This document shows, one piece after another, positions 19,540 through 29,900 of a stretch of 64,000 nucleotides of DNA. Under the pieces are notes generated by a model, which did no database searches, was not told the origin of the DNA, and saw only the letters and a program-made list of their open reading frames with translations. The stretch spans positions 8,571 through 72,570 of the forward strand of contig DAOUBX010000124.1 in the NCBI GenBank assembly GCA_034432445.1. The letters are read 5' to 3'. Made by a program: the position numbers and the translations under genes. The DNA comes from Anaerolineales bacterium (GTDB lineage Bacteria > Chloroflexota > Anaerolineae > JAAEKA01). Position 1 is the first letter of the stretch. Each line of letters starts with the position of its first letter.

Positions 19540-20775
19540 ATGACTGCACCCATGTCCCACGACATCGAACGCCTCATCCGCCCCGAGCTGGCCACCATGC
19601 AGCCCTACACGCCCATCCACCCCTTCGAGGTGGTGAGCCAGCGGCTGGGCCGGCCGCCGGAGCAGATCGTCAAGCTGGACGCCAACGAGAACCCCTACGG
19701 CCCCTCCCCGCGCGCCGTGGCGGCCATGGCCGGCTACCCCTGGCTGCACATCTACCCCGACCCGCAGAGCACGGAGCTGCGCGCCGCGCTGGCCGACTAC
19801 ACCGGCGTCCCGGCCGAGCGCATCCTGGCCGGCAGCGGGGCGGACGAGCTGATCGACCTGCTGGGCCGGCTGCTCTTGGCCCCCGGCGACGCCCTGATCG
19901 ACTGCCCGCCCACCTTCGGCATGTACGCCTTCTGCGCGGCGGTCAACGGCGCCTGTCGCATCGACGTGCCGCGGCGGGCCGATTTCTCCGTCGACGTGGA
20001 CGCCATCGAGCGCATCATGGACGCCGAATCGGACGGCGGCTACGACGAGTGGGCGTGGCTGGACAACGTGCAGGTCGATTGTGGGGAGGGGGCTCACTAC
20101 GTCTCCTCCGAGGATGGCTATTCGACCCGCGGACAGCATGGTTTTCCCCGGCCCAAGCTGCTCTTCCTCTGCTCTCCCAACAACCCGGACGGCGGGCTGC
20201 TGGCGCCGGCCGATCTCGAGCGCCTGCTGCGCCTGCCGCTGGTGGTCGTGGTAGACGAGGCCTACATCGAGTTCGCCCGGCCGGGTGCGTCCTTTGTCCC
20301 CTGGACGGCCGAGCACGACAACTTGGTGATCCTGCGCACCTTCAGCAAGTGGGCGGGGCTGGGCGGGCTGCGCGTGGGCTATGGCGTGTTTCCCCCGGCC
20401 ATCATCGAGCAGCTTTGGAAGATCAAGCAACCCTACAACGTCAACGTGGCCGGCAGCCGCGCCGCTATCGCCTCGCTGGCCGACCGCAATTACCTCCTGG
20501 GCAACGTGGCCAAGCTAGTAGCCGAGCGGGAGCGGCTCTACGCCGAGCTGGCCCGCTTCGACTTCCTCCAGCCTGTGCCCGGCAGCCAGAGCAACTTCAT
20601 CCTCTGCCGCGTCGTCGGCCGCGACGCCCGCCAGCTCAAGCTCGACCTGGAACAGCAGGGCGTGCTGGTGCGTCACTTCGCCAAGCCCGGCGTGGACAAC
20701 TGTGTCCGCATCAGCGTGGGCCGGCCGGAACAAACTGATGTGCTGCTAGAGGCGTTAGCCAGAGTTGGCCTGTAA
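19540..20775 (+). CDS. hisC: histidinol-phosphate aminotransferase (with an ~50-aa insertion)
   Basis: …[12 protein letters not shown]…[12 protein letters not shown]…[18 protein letters not shown]… contains the PLP-lysine motif. Confidence 0.9.
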   Translation: MTAPMSHDIERLIRPELATMQPYTPIHPFEVVSQRLGRPPEQIVKLDANENPYGPSPRAVAAMAGYPWLHIYPDPQSTELRAALADYTGVPAERILAGSGADELIDLLGRLLLAPGDALIDCPPTFGMYAFCAAVNGACRIDVPRRADFSVDVDAIERIMDAESDGGYDEWAWLDNVQVDCGEGAHYVSSEDGYSTRGQHGFPRPKLLFLCSPNNPDGGLLAPADLERLLRLPLVVVVDEAYIEFARPGASFVPWTAEHDNLVILRTFSKWAGLGGLRVGYGVFPPAIIEQLWKIKQPYNVNVAGSRAAIASLADRNYLLGNVAKLVAERERLYAELARFDFLQPVPGSQSNFILCRVVGRDARQLKLDLEQQGVLVRHFAKPGVDNCVRISVGRPEQTDVLLEALARVGL

Positions 20776-20822
20776 CCCCCTCATCGCTCGTCTTCGCGCT
20801 CGATCTCAGGTACAGATAGCCC

Positions 20823-20984
20823 CTAACAGATCTTTCTGGCGAGCTTGTCGGGTATCTTGCTGTGGCGCGGCACCGCTTCGATTTGGCCGGTCAGGGGATT
20901 GACCCACAGCGAGTGCGACCGTCCCTCCCGCTTCAGGTAACACCCATGCCTGCGCAAGTGGCGCAACAGCTCGTGGAGTTTCAT
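20823..20984 (-). CDS. hicA: HicA-family mRNA interferase toxin (53 aa; not in ORF track)
   Basis: The reverse translation reads MKLHELLRHLRRHGCYLKREGRSHSLWVNPLTGQIEAVPRHSKIPDKLARKIC. Its start overlaps the hicB stop (ATGA). Confidence 0.75.
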   Translation of the reverse strand: MKLHELLRHLRRHGCYLKREGRSHSLWVNPLTGQIEAVPRHSKIPDKLARKIC

Positions 20985-21196
20985 CCGACGGTGACCGTAG
21001 CCCGGATGGCTTCGTTCGGGACGCCGCGCAGGCCGTCTTCCCGGCGGTCGGACAAGATCAGGTCAACTGCGTCAGCCAGGCTCTGCAGACACTCTTCGTA
21101 GGTGCGCCCAAGGCCGTTGGCGCCGGAGATCTCCAGACAATAGGCGACGTACCACGGTCCATCCCGTTCGACAATGGCAGTGAACTCATTTTTCAT
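20981..21196 (-). CDS. hicB: HicB-family antitoxin (UPF0150)
   Basis: MKNEFTAIVERDGPWYVAYCLEISGANGLGRTYEECLQSLADAV matches the HicB N-terminal fold. Confidence 0.75.
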   Translation of the reverse strand: MKNEFTAIVERDGPWYVAYCLEISGANGLGRTYEECLQSLADAVDLILSDRREDGLRGVPNEAIRATVTVG

Positions 21197-21298
21197 GGTC
21201 TTTGTTCCTTAGCAAGAAACTAGTCAAGCGCTGCTAGTGCGATTATACTTGAGTTCAGCAGTCGGGCAAAGGCAGGCCAAAGCACAGGACGACCGAGA

Positions 21299-21889
21299 AT
21301 GATCACACGGCAGGCAACCATCTCCCGCACCACCAAAGAAACCTCCATCGAGCTCAGTCTGGCCATCGACGGCAACGGCCAGGCCGACGTGCACACCGGC
21401 ATCGGCTTCTACGATCACATGCTGACGCTGTTCGCCGGCCACGGGTTGTTCGACCTGCGCGTGGCGGCCAGCGGCGATTTGCACGTGGACGAGCACCACA
21501 CGGCCGAGGACGTGGCCATCTGCCTGGGCCAGGCGCTGGACCGGGCGCTGGGCGACCGCGCCGGCATTGTGCGCACGGCCCACAGCTACGTGCCCATGGA
21601 CGAGGCGCTGGGCTTCGTCGCCGTGGACCTGGGCGGCCGGCCCTACTGCGTCTTCGACGCCGACTGGCGCACGCCGCGGCTCGGCGGGCTGGGCACCGAC
21701 CTCATCGGCCACATCTTCGAGACGCTGGCCGTGCATGGCCGGCTCAACCTGCACGCGCGCGTGCTCTACGCCCGCAACGACCACCACGCCTGCGAGGCGC
21801 TCTTCAAGGCGCTAGGCCGCGCCCTGGACGCGGCCACGCAGATCGATCCCCGTCGTCACGGGGTGCCATCCACGAAAGGCACGCTCTGA
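21299..21889 (+). CDS. hisB: imidazoleglycerol-phosphate dehydratase (monofunctional)
   Basis: …[14 protein letters not shown]…[15 protein letters not shown]…[11 protein letters not shown]…. Confidence 0.9.
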   Translation: MITRQATISRTTKETSIELSLAIDGNGQADVHTGIGFYDHMLTLFAGHGLFDLRVAASGDLHVDEHHTAEDVAICLGQALDRALGDRAGIVRTAHSYVPMDEALGFVAVDLGGRPYCVFDADWRTPRLGGLGTDLIGHIFETLAVHGRLNLHARVLYARNDHHACEALFKALGRALDAATQIDPRRHGVPSTKGTL

Positions 21890-22512
21890 TGGTCCCAACA
21901 TTGCCGCCGTCCCCTTCGTCCCCTCCCTCACCGACCGGCGGCGCAGCCCCAATCTACAGCGGTCAATGGCTGGCCTGGCCCGATGTCCGTGACTACCGCG
22001 CCGCGCAACTGGGCGACATCCTGGCCGAGCGGCTGGTGTGGTCCGCAACAGCCGGCCTGTTACACCGCGGCGGTGTGACCATCGCCGGCCCGGCCTACAT
22101 CTGGTTTCGCTTTTGGCTGCCGCGTGACAGCCAGGTGGTGGAAAAATACTTCGACGCCCAAGGACAGACGCTGGGCATGCAAATCGACGTGTGCATGCCG
22201 TTGGCAGCTCTCCCCGTCCACCTGCGCACCGGCCCGTTTGCCGCCGCCAAAGAGCCGCTGGCCGGCTGGTTTACCACCAACTTGCTCCTAGACATCTGGA
22301 TCACCGCCGATGGCCAGGTGACTGTGCGCAACGAGGCCGCGTTTGAGCAGGCGGTGCGCGCGGGCGCGCTGAGCGAGGCAGAGGCGGCTTGGGCCGAGGA
22401 GCGGGTGCGCACGCTGACCTCGGCCATCGCCCGGCGTCGCTTTCCGCCGGCGCTGGTGCGCAACTGGCAGGTCGACTTGCGCAGAATTCAGGAGACCCTA
22501 TCACCCTCATGA
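21889..22512 (+). CDS. DUF402-like (FomD/Ntdp-fold) protein, translationally coupled to hisB and hisH
   Basis: ATGA-type overlaps at both ends (21887-21891 and 22509-22512). The pattern YIWFRFW...YFDAQG...MQIDVCMP...NLLLDIWITADGQVTVRNEAAFEQAVRAGALSEAEAAWA resembles the DUF402 core, but the acidic DLDLD/DEDE positions are only partly conserved. Confidence 0.4.
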   Translation: MVPTLPPSPSSPPSPTGGAAPIYSGQWLAWPDVRDYRAAQLGDILAERLVWSATAGLLHRGGVTIAGPAYIWFRFWLPRDSQVVEKYFDAQGQTLGMQIDVCMPLAALPVHLRTGPFAAAKEPLAGWFTTNLLLDIWITADGQVTVRNEAAFEQAVRAGALSEAEAAWAEERVRTLTSAIARRRFPPALVRNWQVDLRRIQETLSPS

Positions 22513-23159
22513 TCGCAATCATCGACTACGGCATCGGCAACTTGCGCAGCGTGGAAAAGGCCTTCGTGCACGTCGGCGCCGACGCGCGGCTGACGGCCGA
22601 TCCCGCCGCGATCCGCTCTGCCGCCGGCGTCGTTCTGCCGGGGGTGGGCGCGTTTGGCGCCTGCGCGTTGGGCTTGCGCCGCGCCGAGTACGACGCCCTG
22701 GTGCTGGAATTGGCGGCCGCCGGCCGGCCGCTGCTCGGCATCTGCGTGGGCATGCAGCTTCTCTTCGAGGAGAGCGAGGAGATGGGCCGGCATGCGGGTC
22801 TGGGCTTGTTGCCCGGCCGCGTGCTACGCTTTCCGGAGGGACAGGTAGACTCAGCCGGTGCGCGCCTCAAGGTGCCGCAGATCGGCTGGAACCAGCTTTG
22901 GCACGACGAGAGCGACCCCTTGCTGGCCGGTGTGCCCAGCGGCAGCTACGCTTACTTCGTCCACTCCTACTACTGCGCGCCGGCGAACCCGGCCGATGTG
23001 GTTGCCACGACGGACTACGGCTTCCCCTACGCCTCCGTAGTCCATCGAGACAACCTGTGGGGCGTGCAGTTCCACCCCGAGAAAAGCCACACCGTAGGGT
23101 TGAGGATCCTGCGCAACTTTGTGGACGCGGTAATCGCTGATCGATTTGCCGACAGCTAA
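22509..23159 (+). CDS. hisH: imidazole glycerol phosphate synthase, glutamine amidotransferase subunit
   Basis: MIAIIDYGIGNLRSV…GICVGMQLLFE…VQFHPEKS carries the Cys-His-Glu triad motifs. Confidence 0.9.
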   Translation: MIAIIDYGIGNLRSVEKAFVHVGADARLTADPAAIRSAAGVVLPGVGAFGACALGLRRAEYDALVLELAAAGRPLLGICVGMQLLFEESEEMGRHAGLGLLPGRVLRFPEGQVDSAGARLKVPQIGWNQLWHDESDPLLAGVPSGSYAYFVHSYYCAPANPADVVATTDYGFPYASVVHRDNLWGVQFHPEKSHTVGLRILRNFVDAVIADRFADS

Positions 23160-23203
23160 TCTTGCGGTTATACTCCCCCAGGTAGGCACGGATTCCGCGC
23201 GAG

Positions 23204-24064
23204 GTGGTTGGCGACTTGAGCTCACGCCCTTCATTGACCGATGTGCTGAAGGCCGGCATCCTGCGGCCGCCCAAACGACCGGCGACGCTGGCTGGCCCAA
23301 CTGCGCCAACGCCGCTCAAGCAGCGTTTGCAGGCTTTCCAAATCGAGCTGCTGACCGCGGACTACACCGACTTCACCAGCCAGCCCCGCTACAAAGCGCT
23401 GCTGCACTTTTTCTTCAGCGCGCTCTACGCGCCGCAGGACTTCAGCCTGCGCAACGCCTCCTTCCGCACGCTGCACGACTGGCTGGTGAGCCTGATCGGC
23501 CATGACCCGGTGCGCGTGCTGGCGCAGGCCATCGAGCTCAACGACCTCACCGAGTCGCTGGACGACGACATGGTGATCGCCCTGCGCACCCTGGGGGTGA
23601 GCGACGCCCTCACCGTGGACGAGTGGGAGCGCGCCTATCGCCTGGTGGATCGCCGCAGCGACCGCATCCGCCAGGTCGAGATGCTGGTGCAGATCGGCAA
23701 AGTGCTGGATCAAGTGGCGGCCGTGCCGTTTGTAGACGTGCAGCTGCGCGCCGTGCGGCCGGCCGTGGCGCTGGTTGGCTGGGAGCACGTGATCGACTTC
23801 CTGGTGGAGGGCTACCGGGCCATTCGCACGGCCCGGCCCATCGACCAAGCGTTGAACGCGATCCACGAGCGCGAGCTGGCGCGCATCGATCGGCTGCTGC
23901 CCGCTGATCAGCCGCGTGCGACTGCTAGGCTGTTTTCTCCCACTCCTGCGGCCGATGACAGCACGAACGCCTTGCGCAGCAACGACGGCGCAGACGCCGC
24001 GCGATCGGCCGGTAGCGCCTACGCCACAATATCCGACAGGGACAAGGATATCCCCACACCATGA
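23204..24064 (+). CDS. hypothetical protein (GTG start uncertain); stop overlaps the start of the next gene (ATGA)
   Basis: The ORF shows coding-like GC3 bias and is translationally coupled to the M24 peptidase gene. Confidence 0.4.
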   Translation: MVGDLSSRPSLTDVLKAGILRPPKRPATLAGPTAPTPLKQRLQAFQIELLTADYTDFTSQPRYKALLHFFFSALYAPQDFSLRNASFRTLHDWLVSLIGHDPVRVLAQAIELNDLTESLDDDMVIALRTLGVSDALTVDEWERAYRLVDRRSDRIRQVEMLVQIGKVLDQVAAVPFVDVQLRAVRPAVALVGWEHVIDFLVEGYRAIRTARPIDQALNAIHERELARIDRLLPADQPRATARLFSPTPAADDSTNALRSNDGADAARSAGSAYATISDRDKDIPTP

Positions 24065-25299
24065 AACAAGACCTCGATCGCCTGATGACAGATCGCAACC
24101 TGGCGGCCGCCGTGGCGCTAGGCAGCACGCTGGAGAGCCCGACGATCTACTACCTCACCGGCGGCGTGAAGCTGGAGGGCGCGGTGATCATCCTGCGCCC
24201 CGGCCAGCGCGGTGTGCTGATCCACAGCCCCATGGAGCGCGACGGCGCAGCCCTGACCGGCCTGGAATGCCAGCCGGCCAGCCGCTGGGACCTCGCCGCC
24301 ATCGCCAAGGAGCACAACGGCGACCTGTTGGCCGCGCGCGCCGAACAGCTCCGCCGCATGCTGGCCGACCACGGCATCCACAGCGGCCGCATTGGCTTCT
24401 ACGGCCACGGCGAGATCGGCCAGGCGCACGCCCTGCTGCAAAAGCTGGCGTCGATCATGCCCGACGCCGAGATCGCCGTGGAGTTTCAGGACGACCTGTT
24501 CACCACGGCGCGCATCACCAAGGACGAGGCCGAGATCGCGCTGCTGGCCGATGTGGCCCGCCGCGCCGATGCAGTCGTGGCCGCCGTGGCCGATATGCTC
24601 AGCAGCCGACCGGTGGCCGCGGGCAACCACCTGCTGGCGCCGGACGGCGAGCCGTTGACCGTCGGCCATGTCAAGGCTTTCATTCGCGCGGAGTGCTCGC
24701 GACACCAGCTCGAGCAGCCGGGCGACAACATCTTCGCCCTGGCTGGGGACGCCGGCGTGCCGCACAACCAGGGCAACCCGGCCGACGTGCTGACGCTGGG
24801 CACACCGATCATCTTCGACTTCTTCCCGCGGCCGGTGGGCGGCGGCTACTTCCACGACATGACCCGCACGTGGTGCCTCGGGCACGCGCCGGCTGCTGTC
24901 GAGACGGCCTACGAGCAGGTGATGACGATCTTCAACCAGGTGATGGCCAACCTGCGCGCCGGCGAGCTGTGCGCCAGCTATCAGGTGATGACCTGCGACT
25001 ACTTCGCCGGCCAGGGCCATCCGACCATCCTGTCCGACCCGACCACGCAGGTGGGCTACGTGCACGGCCTGGCGCACGGCATCGGCTTGGAGATCCACGA
25101 GGCGCCTAACTTTCGCGCCGTGGCCGGCAACACAGCGACCATCCAGCCCGGCATGGTGTTCACCGTCGAGCCGGGGCTGTACTACCCCGAGCGCGGCTAC
25201 GGCGTGCGCGTCGAGGACACGGTCTATTGCGATGCCGCAGGCGGCTTTCACAGCCTGACCCCTTTCTCGAAGGACTTGATCTTGCCCGTGCGTCGGTAA
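24061..25299 (+). CDS. M24-family metallopeptidase (Xaa-Pro aminopeptidase/creatinase-like)
   Basis: …[19 protein letters not shown]…[15 protein letters not shown]…EPGLY… provides the metal-ligand motifs. Confidence 0.8.
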   Translation: MKQDLDRLMTDRNLAAAVALGSTLESPTIYYLTGGVKLEGAVIILRPGQRGVLIHSPMERDGAALTGLECQPASRWDLAAIAKEHNGDLLAARAEQLRRMLADHGIHSGRIGFYGHGEIGQAHALLQKLASIMPDAEIAVEFQDDLFTTARITKDEAEIALLADVARRADAVVAAVADMLSSRPVAAGNHLLAPDGEPLTVGHVKAFIRAECSRHQLEQPGDNIFALAGDAGVPHNQGNPADVLTLGTPIIFDFFPRPVGGGYFHDMTRTWCLGHAPAAVETAYEQVMTIFNQVMANLRAGELCASYQVMTCDYFAGQGHPTILSDPTTQVGYVHGLAHGIGLEIHEAPNFRAVAGNTATIQPGMVFTVEPGLYYPERGYGVRVEDTVYCDAAGGFHSLTPFSKDLILPVRR

Positions 25300-25306
25300 G
25301 CCGCCT

Positions 25307-26884
25307 ATGCAGCTCGCTTCAGGCCAACTCACCCAGGCAATCGAACCAGACACAACGCCCGCGGTCGCTCGACCCCGGCTGATCAGCATCTTGCTGGCCG
25401 CGGGGATCGTGTCGGCGGTCGTGGGCAGCCTGGCGACGCTGGTCTGGGGGTACGTGGCTACAGCCGCCGTAGTCACCGTGGCAGTGGACGGCCTGCCGGT
25501 GACGGTGCGCACCCACGAGGCCACGGTGGGCAGCTTGCTGGCCGAGATGGAGGTCACGCTGCAGCCGGAAGACCGGGTGTCGCCGCCGCTGGACACCCCT
25601 CTGCCCACGGGAACCGGCCGCCAGCCGCTCAACGTCAACATTCAGCGCGCCCGGCCGCTTTTGTTCGACGGCGACAGCCGCCTGCGCACCCTGCGCACGC
25701 ATGCCGCCACCCTCAGCGTGGCGCTGGCTGAGGCCGGCATCAGCCTGGGCCCGGCCGACGAGGTCGCCGTGAACGGCCAACCGGCGCGACCTGACACGCC
25801 GCTGCCCGCGCCGATCGTGCAGCAGTTTGCCAGCCGGCCCAGGGTGCGGCCCGTGTACCCGTGGCGGCAGACGACCGTTGCGCCGCTGACCGTGTCCGTG
25901 CGCCGCGCCGTGCCGTTGACACTGGACGAGGGCGGTCCGCCACTGACCGTGTGGACCACGGCCACAACGGTGGGCGAGGCGCTGGCGCGCGAGGGCATGC
26001 TCTTCTATGCCGGCGACCGCGTGCAGCCGGGCCTGGGCACACCGCTGTCGGCCGGGCTACGCGTCGAGATCCGTCGCTCGAAGCCGGTGACGATCCAGAC
26101 CAAGCAGGACGCCCTCTCCACGCGCACACTGGCCGACACGGTCGCCGATTTCCTCAGCGAACACGGGCTGGTGCTGAGCGGGCTGGACCGCGTCGAGCCG
26201 GCCCTGGCGACGCCGCTCACGGACAACCTGCGCATCCGCCTCACGCGCGTCGAGCATGCGTATGAGATCGAGGAAGACGTGACGCGCTACGCTACGGTGT
26301 GGGAGCCCGACCCCGAGAGCGAGATCGACACGGCGCGGCTGGATCAGGAGGGCGTCAACGGCATCACACGCCATCGCTATCTGGTGGTGCTGGAGGACGG
26401 CGCGCCGATCACGCGCACCCTGCAGGACACGTGGCTGGCGCAGCAGCCGATCACGCGCACCTTCAAGTACGGCACCAAGATCGTGCTGCGCGAGCTGGAG
26501 ACGCCCGACGGGCCTCTCACCTACTGGCGTAAGATCCGCATGTATGCCACATCCTATTCGCCCGCGCGCTCCGGTGTGTCGCCCGACAAGGCTTACTACG
26601 GCCGTACACGCCTGGGCCTACCCGTGCGCAAGGGCCTGGTGGCGGTCGACCCGAGCGTGGTGGCCTTGCGAACGCAGCTCTATGTGCCCGGCTACGGCCC
26701 GGCGCTGGCAGCCGACACCGGCAGCGGGGTCGATGGCCGCTGGATCGACCTGGGCTTCACCGACGACGAATACGTGCCCTGGCACCGCTGCGTCGACGTT
26801 TACCTGCTTGGGCCGCCGCCGCCGTCCTACCTGATCACCTATCGGCTGCCGAGCTATCCCAACGCCCCCTGCCTGCGCAACTAA
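25307..26884 (+). CDS. YabE-like cell-wall protein (DUF348 repeats + G5 + 3D/MltA-like domain)
   Basis: An N-terminal TM is followed by repeated ~60-aa DUF348-like units. The C-terminus YGRTRLGLPVRKGLVAVDPSVV...YVPGYGPALAADTGSGVDGRWIDLGF is a 3D domain. Confidence 0.7.
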   Translation: MQLASGQLTQAIEPDTTPAVARPRLISILLAAGIVSAVVGSLATLVWGYVATAAVVTVAVDGLPVTVRTHEATVGSLLAEMEVTLQPEDRVSPPLDTPLPTGTGRQPLNVNIQRARPLLFDGDSRLRTLRTHAATLSVALAEAGISLGPADEVAVNGQPARPDTPLPAPIVQQFASRPRVRPVYPWRQTTVAPLTVSVRRAVPLTLDEGGPPLTVWTTATTVGEALAREGMLFYAGDRVQPGLGTPLSAGLRVEIRRSKPVTIQTKQDALSTRTLADTVADFLSEHGLVLSGLDRVEPALATPLTDNLRIRLTRVEHAYEIEEDVTRYATVWEPDPESEIDTARLDQEGVNGITRHRYLVVLEDGAPITRTLQDTWLAQQPITRTFKYGTKIVLRELETPDGPLTYWRKIRMYATSYSPARSGVSPDKAYYGRTRLGLPVRKGLVAVDPSVVALRTQLYVPGYGPALAADTGSGVDGRWIDLGFTDDEYVPWHRCVDVYLLGPPPPSYLITYRLPSYPNAPCLRN

Positions 26885-26995
26885 CGCGCTGGCACGGGAG
26901 CACGATGTTGCTGAGGTCTATCCGTTCTGGCCGCCTCCGCTGCGACAGGCCCTCGCGGCCAAGCAAGCCGATCCGGCCGTGATCACGACGCTTTC

Positions 26996-29900
26996 ATGAC
27001 ACCATCGCCTGTTGACGCACGCCATTCCAGCCGCTGGCTGGTCACGTTGCTGCTGCTGTTCATCCTGCTGGCCGGCTTTGCCCTGCGCGTGTTCCACGTG
27101 GACTACGCCGACGGCCAGTTGCCCCATCCCGACGAACGGTCGACCGTCGCCTTCTACGCGCCGACCATCCGCTGGCCGGCCGAGGGCATCAGCCCGCTGG
27201 ACAAGCGCCAATCGCCGTTGAACCCGTTGTGGAGCGTGGAACGACAGGAGCGGCGCAGCTACACCTACGGTCACTTTCCGCTCTATCTGCTCGTCCTCAC
27301 CGCCAACGCGGCGCACGAGCTGGCGCCGGTCGCCGAACGGCTGGGCGCCTCGCCGGAGCTGGTGCAAAGGCTGCGCACGGCCAACGGGGTGCCGGGCTTC
27401 GCCGTGGTCGGCCGGGTGATCATGGCCGTGGCCGACACGGCCACCGTGCTGCTGATCTTCTTGCTGGCCGACCGCATCTACGGCCGACGGCGTGGGCGCT
27501 GGTGGCCCGGCCTGCTGGCCGCTGCCTTCTCGGCCTTCACCGTGCTGCAAATCCAGCTCAGCCACTTTTTCGCCGTCGACCCGATCAGCACGACGTTTAC
27601 GGTGTTGGCGCTGTACGGCGCGCTGCGCATGGTGGAGGCGGGGCGGGGGAGCGGAAAGGAAGGAAAAGAAGGAAAGAAGGGAAACGGAGGGAAAGAGGGA
27701 AAGGAGGGCACTGGCGGGCGCGGCGGGGCTGGCGCGGCTTGGGCGGTGGTGTGCGGGATTGGCGCGGGGTTGGCGATTGCCTCCAAGTTCAGCGCGCTGC
27801 CGATCTTGGCGGCGCCGGTGGTGGCCGGCTTTCTGATCTGGTGGCGCGCACGCCGGGCCGAGCCGGAGGTCGACGAGGAGCGCGCCGGCCTGGGCGCAGC
27901 GCTGCTGTGGCCGCTGCTGGCGCTGGGCGTGGCCGTGCTCACGTTTGTCGTCACCTCGCCCTTTGCCATCCTCGATTGGGCGAATTTCCGCCAGGCTGTG
28001 TTGGTGGAACAGGGCGCGATGGTGCAGGGCAAGGCCGACTTCCCCTTTACGCGGCAGTATCGCGGCACGCTGCCCTACCTATATTTCATCGAGCAGCAAA
28101 TCCGCTGGGGCATCGGCTGGCCGCTGGGCATCCTGGCCTTTGCGGGCCTGGCCTGGGCACTGCTCAAGCTCCTCATCGGTCGCGGCGAGGACGGCGAGAT
28201 CGTCATCCTGAGCTGGATCGTGCCCTACTTCGGCCTGACCGGCCTCTTCCTGGCCAAGTTCATGCGCTACATGGTCCCGGTGACGCCGCTGCTGATGGTT
28301 TTTGCTGCCGGCCTGGTGGCGGCGATTTGGTATGGCGAGGTGTTGGGAAGGCGGGAGCGGAGGCAAAGGAAGGAAACGCGGGAAAGTAGGGAAACGAAGG
28401 AAACCAGGGAAATGAGGGAAAGCGGGGAAAGGGAAGGAATGAAGGGGGCGGAAGAGGGAGAGCTGGCGCTGCTCACGGTGGACGACAGCGCGCCGTCGTC
28501 GGCGAGTGTGCCGGAGCCAGAAGCGCTGTCCCCGGCCGGCGAGCCGGAACCCACCTCACCCCCTGCCGACTACCAACCACCGCTCACCGCTGACCGTTCA
28601 CCGGCCACCGTTCACCGTTCACCGGCCACCGTTCACCGTTCACCGGTCACCGGTCACCGATCACCGGTCACCGTTCACCGTTCACCGGCCACCCTCCGCC
28701 GCGCCCTCGCCTTCGCCATCGCCGCCATCGCCCTGCTCGGCGCGCTCTTCTGGTCCCTGGCCTACGTCAACGGCGTCTACAACAACACGCATCCCTGGAT
28801 CAAGGCCAGCCGCTGGATCTACGCCAACGTGCCCGACGGCTCGACCATTGCCTGGGAGCAGTGGGACGACTCGCTGCCCTACGATCTGCCGGAGCCGAAC
28901 TCCAACCGCGGTCGCTATCGCTTCATCGACTGGGGCCCCTTCGAGGAGGACCGCGCCGAGAAGTTCGAGTGGCTCAAGAGCACGTTGCGCACCGCCGACT
29001 ACCTCGTGCTGTCCTCCAACCGCATCTACGGCGCCGTGGACAACCTACCGGAGCGCTATCCGCTCACCAACCGCTACTACGAGCTGCTCTTCGACGGTCA
29101 ACTGGGCTACGAGCTGGCGCTGAAGGAGGAGAACCGGCCCAATCTCTTCGGCATCGTGGTCGACGACGAGCACGCCGACGAGAGCTTCACCCTCTACGAC
29201 CATCCCACGGTACACGTCTTCCGCAAGGTGCGCGACCTGAGCGACGCCGAGTGGGACGCGCTGCTGGGCGGCAGTTGGGAGGGCGCCCAAGCGTGGTACG
29301 TGGGTGAGCCGCTGCTGATCAGCCGCATCTTCGCCTTGTTCGGCGACGAACAGGGACAGCCCGCCCCGCGCGAGCCCGGCCCCGGCGAGGGACGCAGCCT
29401 GCTGCTGGATCGGCCGCTGGACGAGCTGCCGGTGGTGCAGGATTTCCGCTGGAACGGCCTCGCCAGCCGGTCTCCCCTGCTCGCAGCCCTGGGCTGGTGG
29501 CTGGCCATCAGCGTAATCGGCCTGGCGGCGTGGCCGATCAGCTTTGCCCTGTTCACCAACCTGCGCGACCGAGGGTTTCTGCTCGCGCGCAGCCTGGGCT
29601 GGCTGATCATGGGCTGGGTGGTGTGGATGGCCGCCAGCCTGCGCATCGGCCGCAACGCCTTGCCGTTCATCGTGGCCGCGCTGCTCGGCATGGCAGCCGT
29701 GTCCATCCTCCTCTGGCGACGCAACCGCGACGAGATGGGCGCCTTCGTGCGGGTGCACAAGCGCATTTTGCTGTTCGGCGAGGCGCTGTTCGCCCTCGCC
29801 TACGCTTTCTTCGTTCTGATCCGCCTCTTCAACCCCGACATCTGGCAGCCCTGGAACGGCGGCGAGAAGTTCATGGAGTTCGCCTTCCTCAACGCCATCC

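Noticed and set aside
21197-21298. TATAAT and TTGACT hexamers in the hicB-hisB divergent gap as a hicB promoter
   Set aside because: On the minus strand the -10-like hexamer lies 5' of the -35-like hexamer, the wrong order for a promoter driving hicB.
28581-28700. Possible CRISPR array suggested by regular short repeats (also 30251-30352, 33577-33634, 57483-57598)
   Set aside because: The units are 7-14 nt and tandem, without intervening unique spacers. Three of the four arrays are in frame inside protein-coding genes. These are microsatellite-type repeats, not CRISPR.
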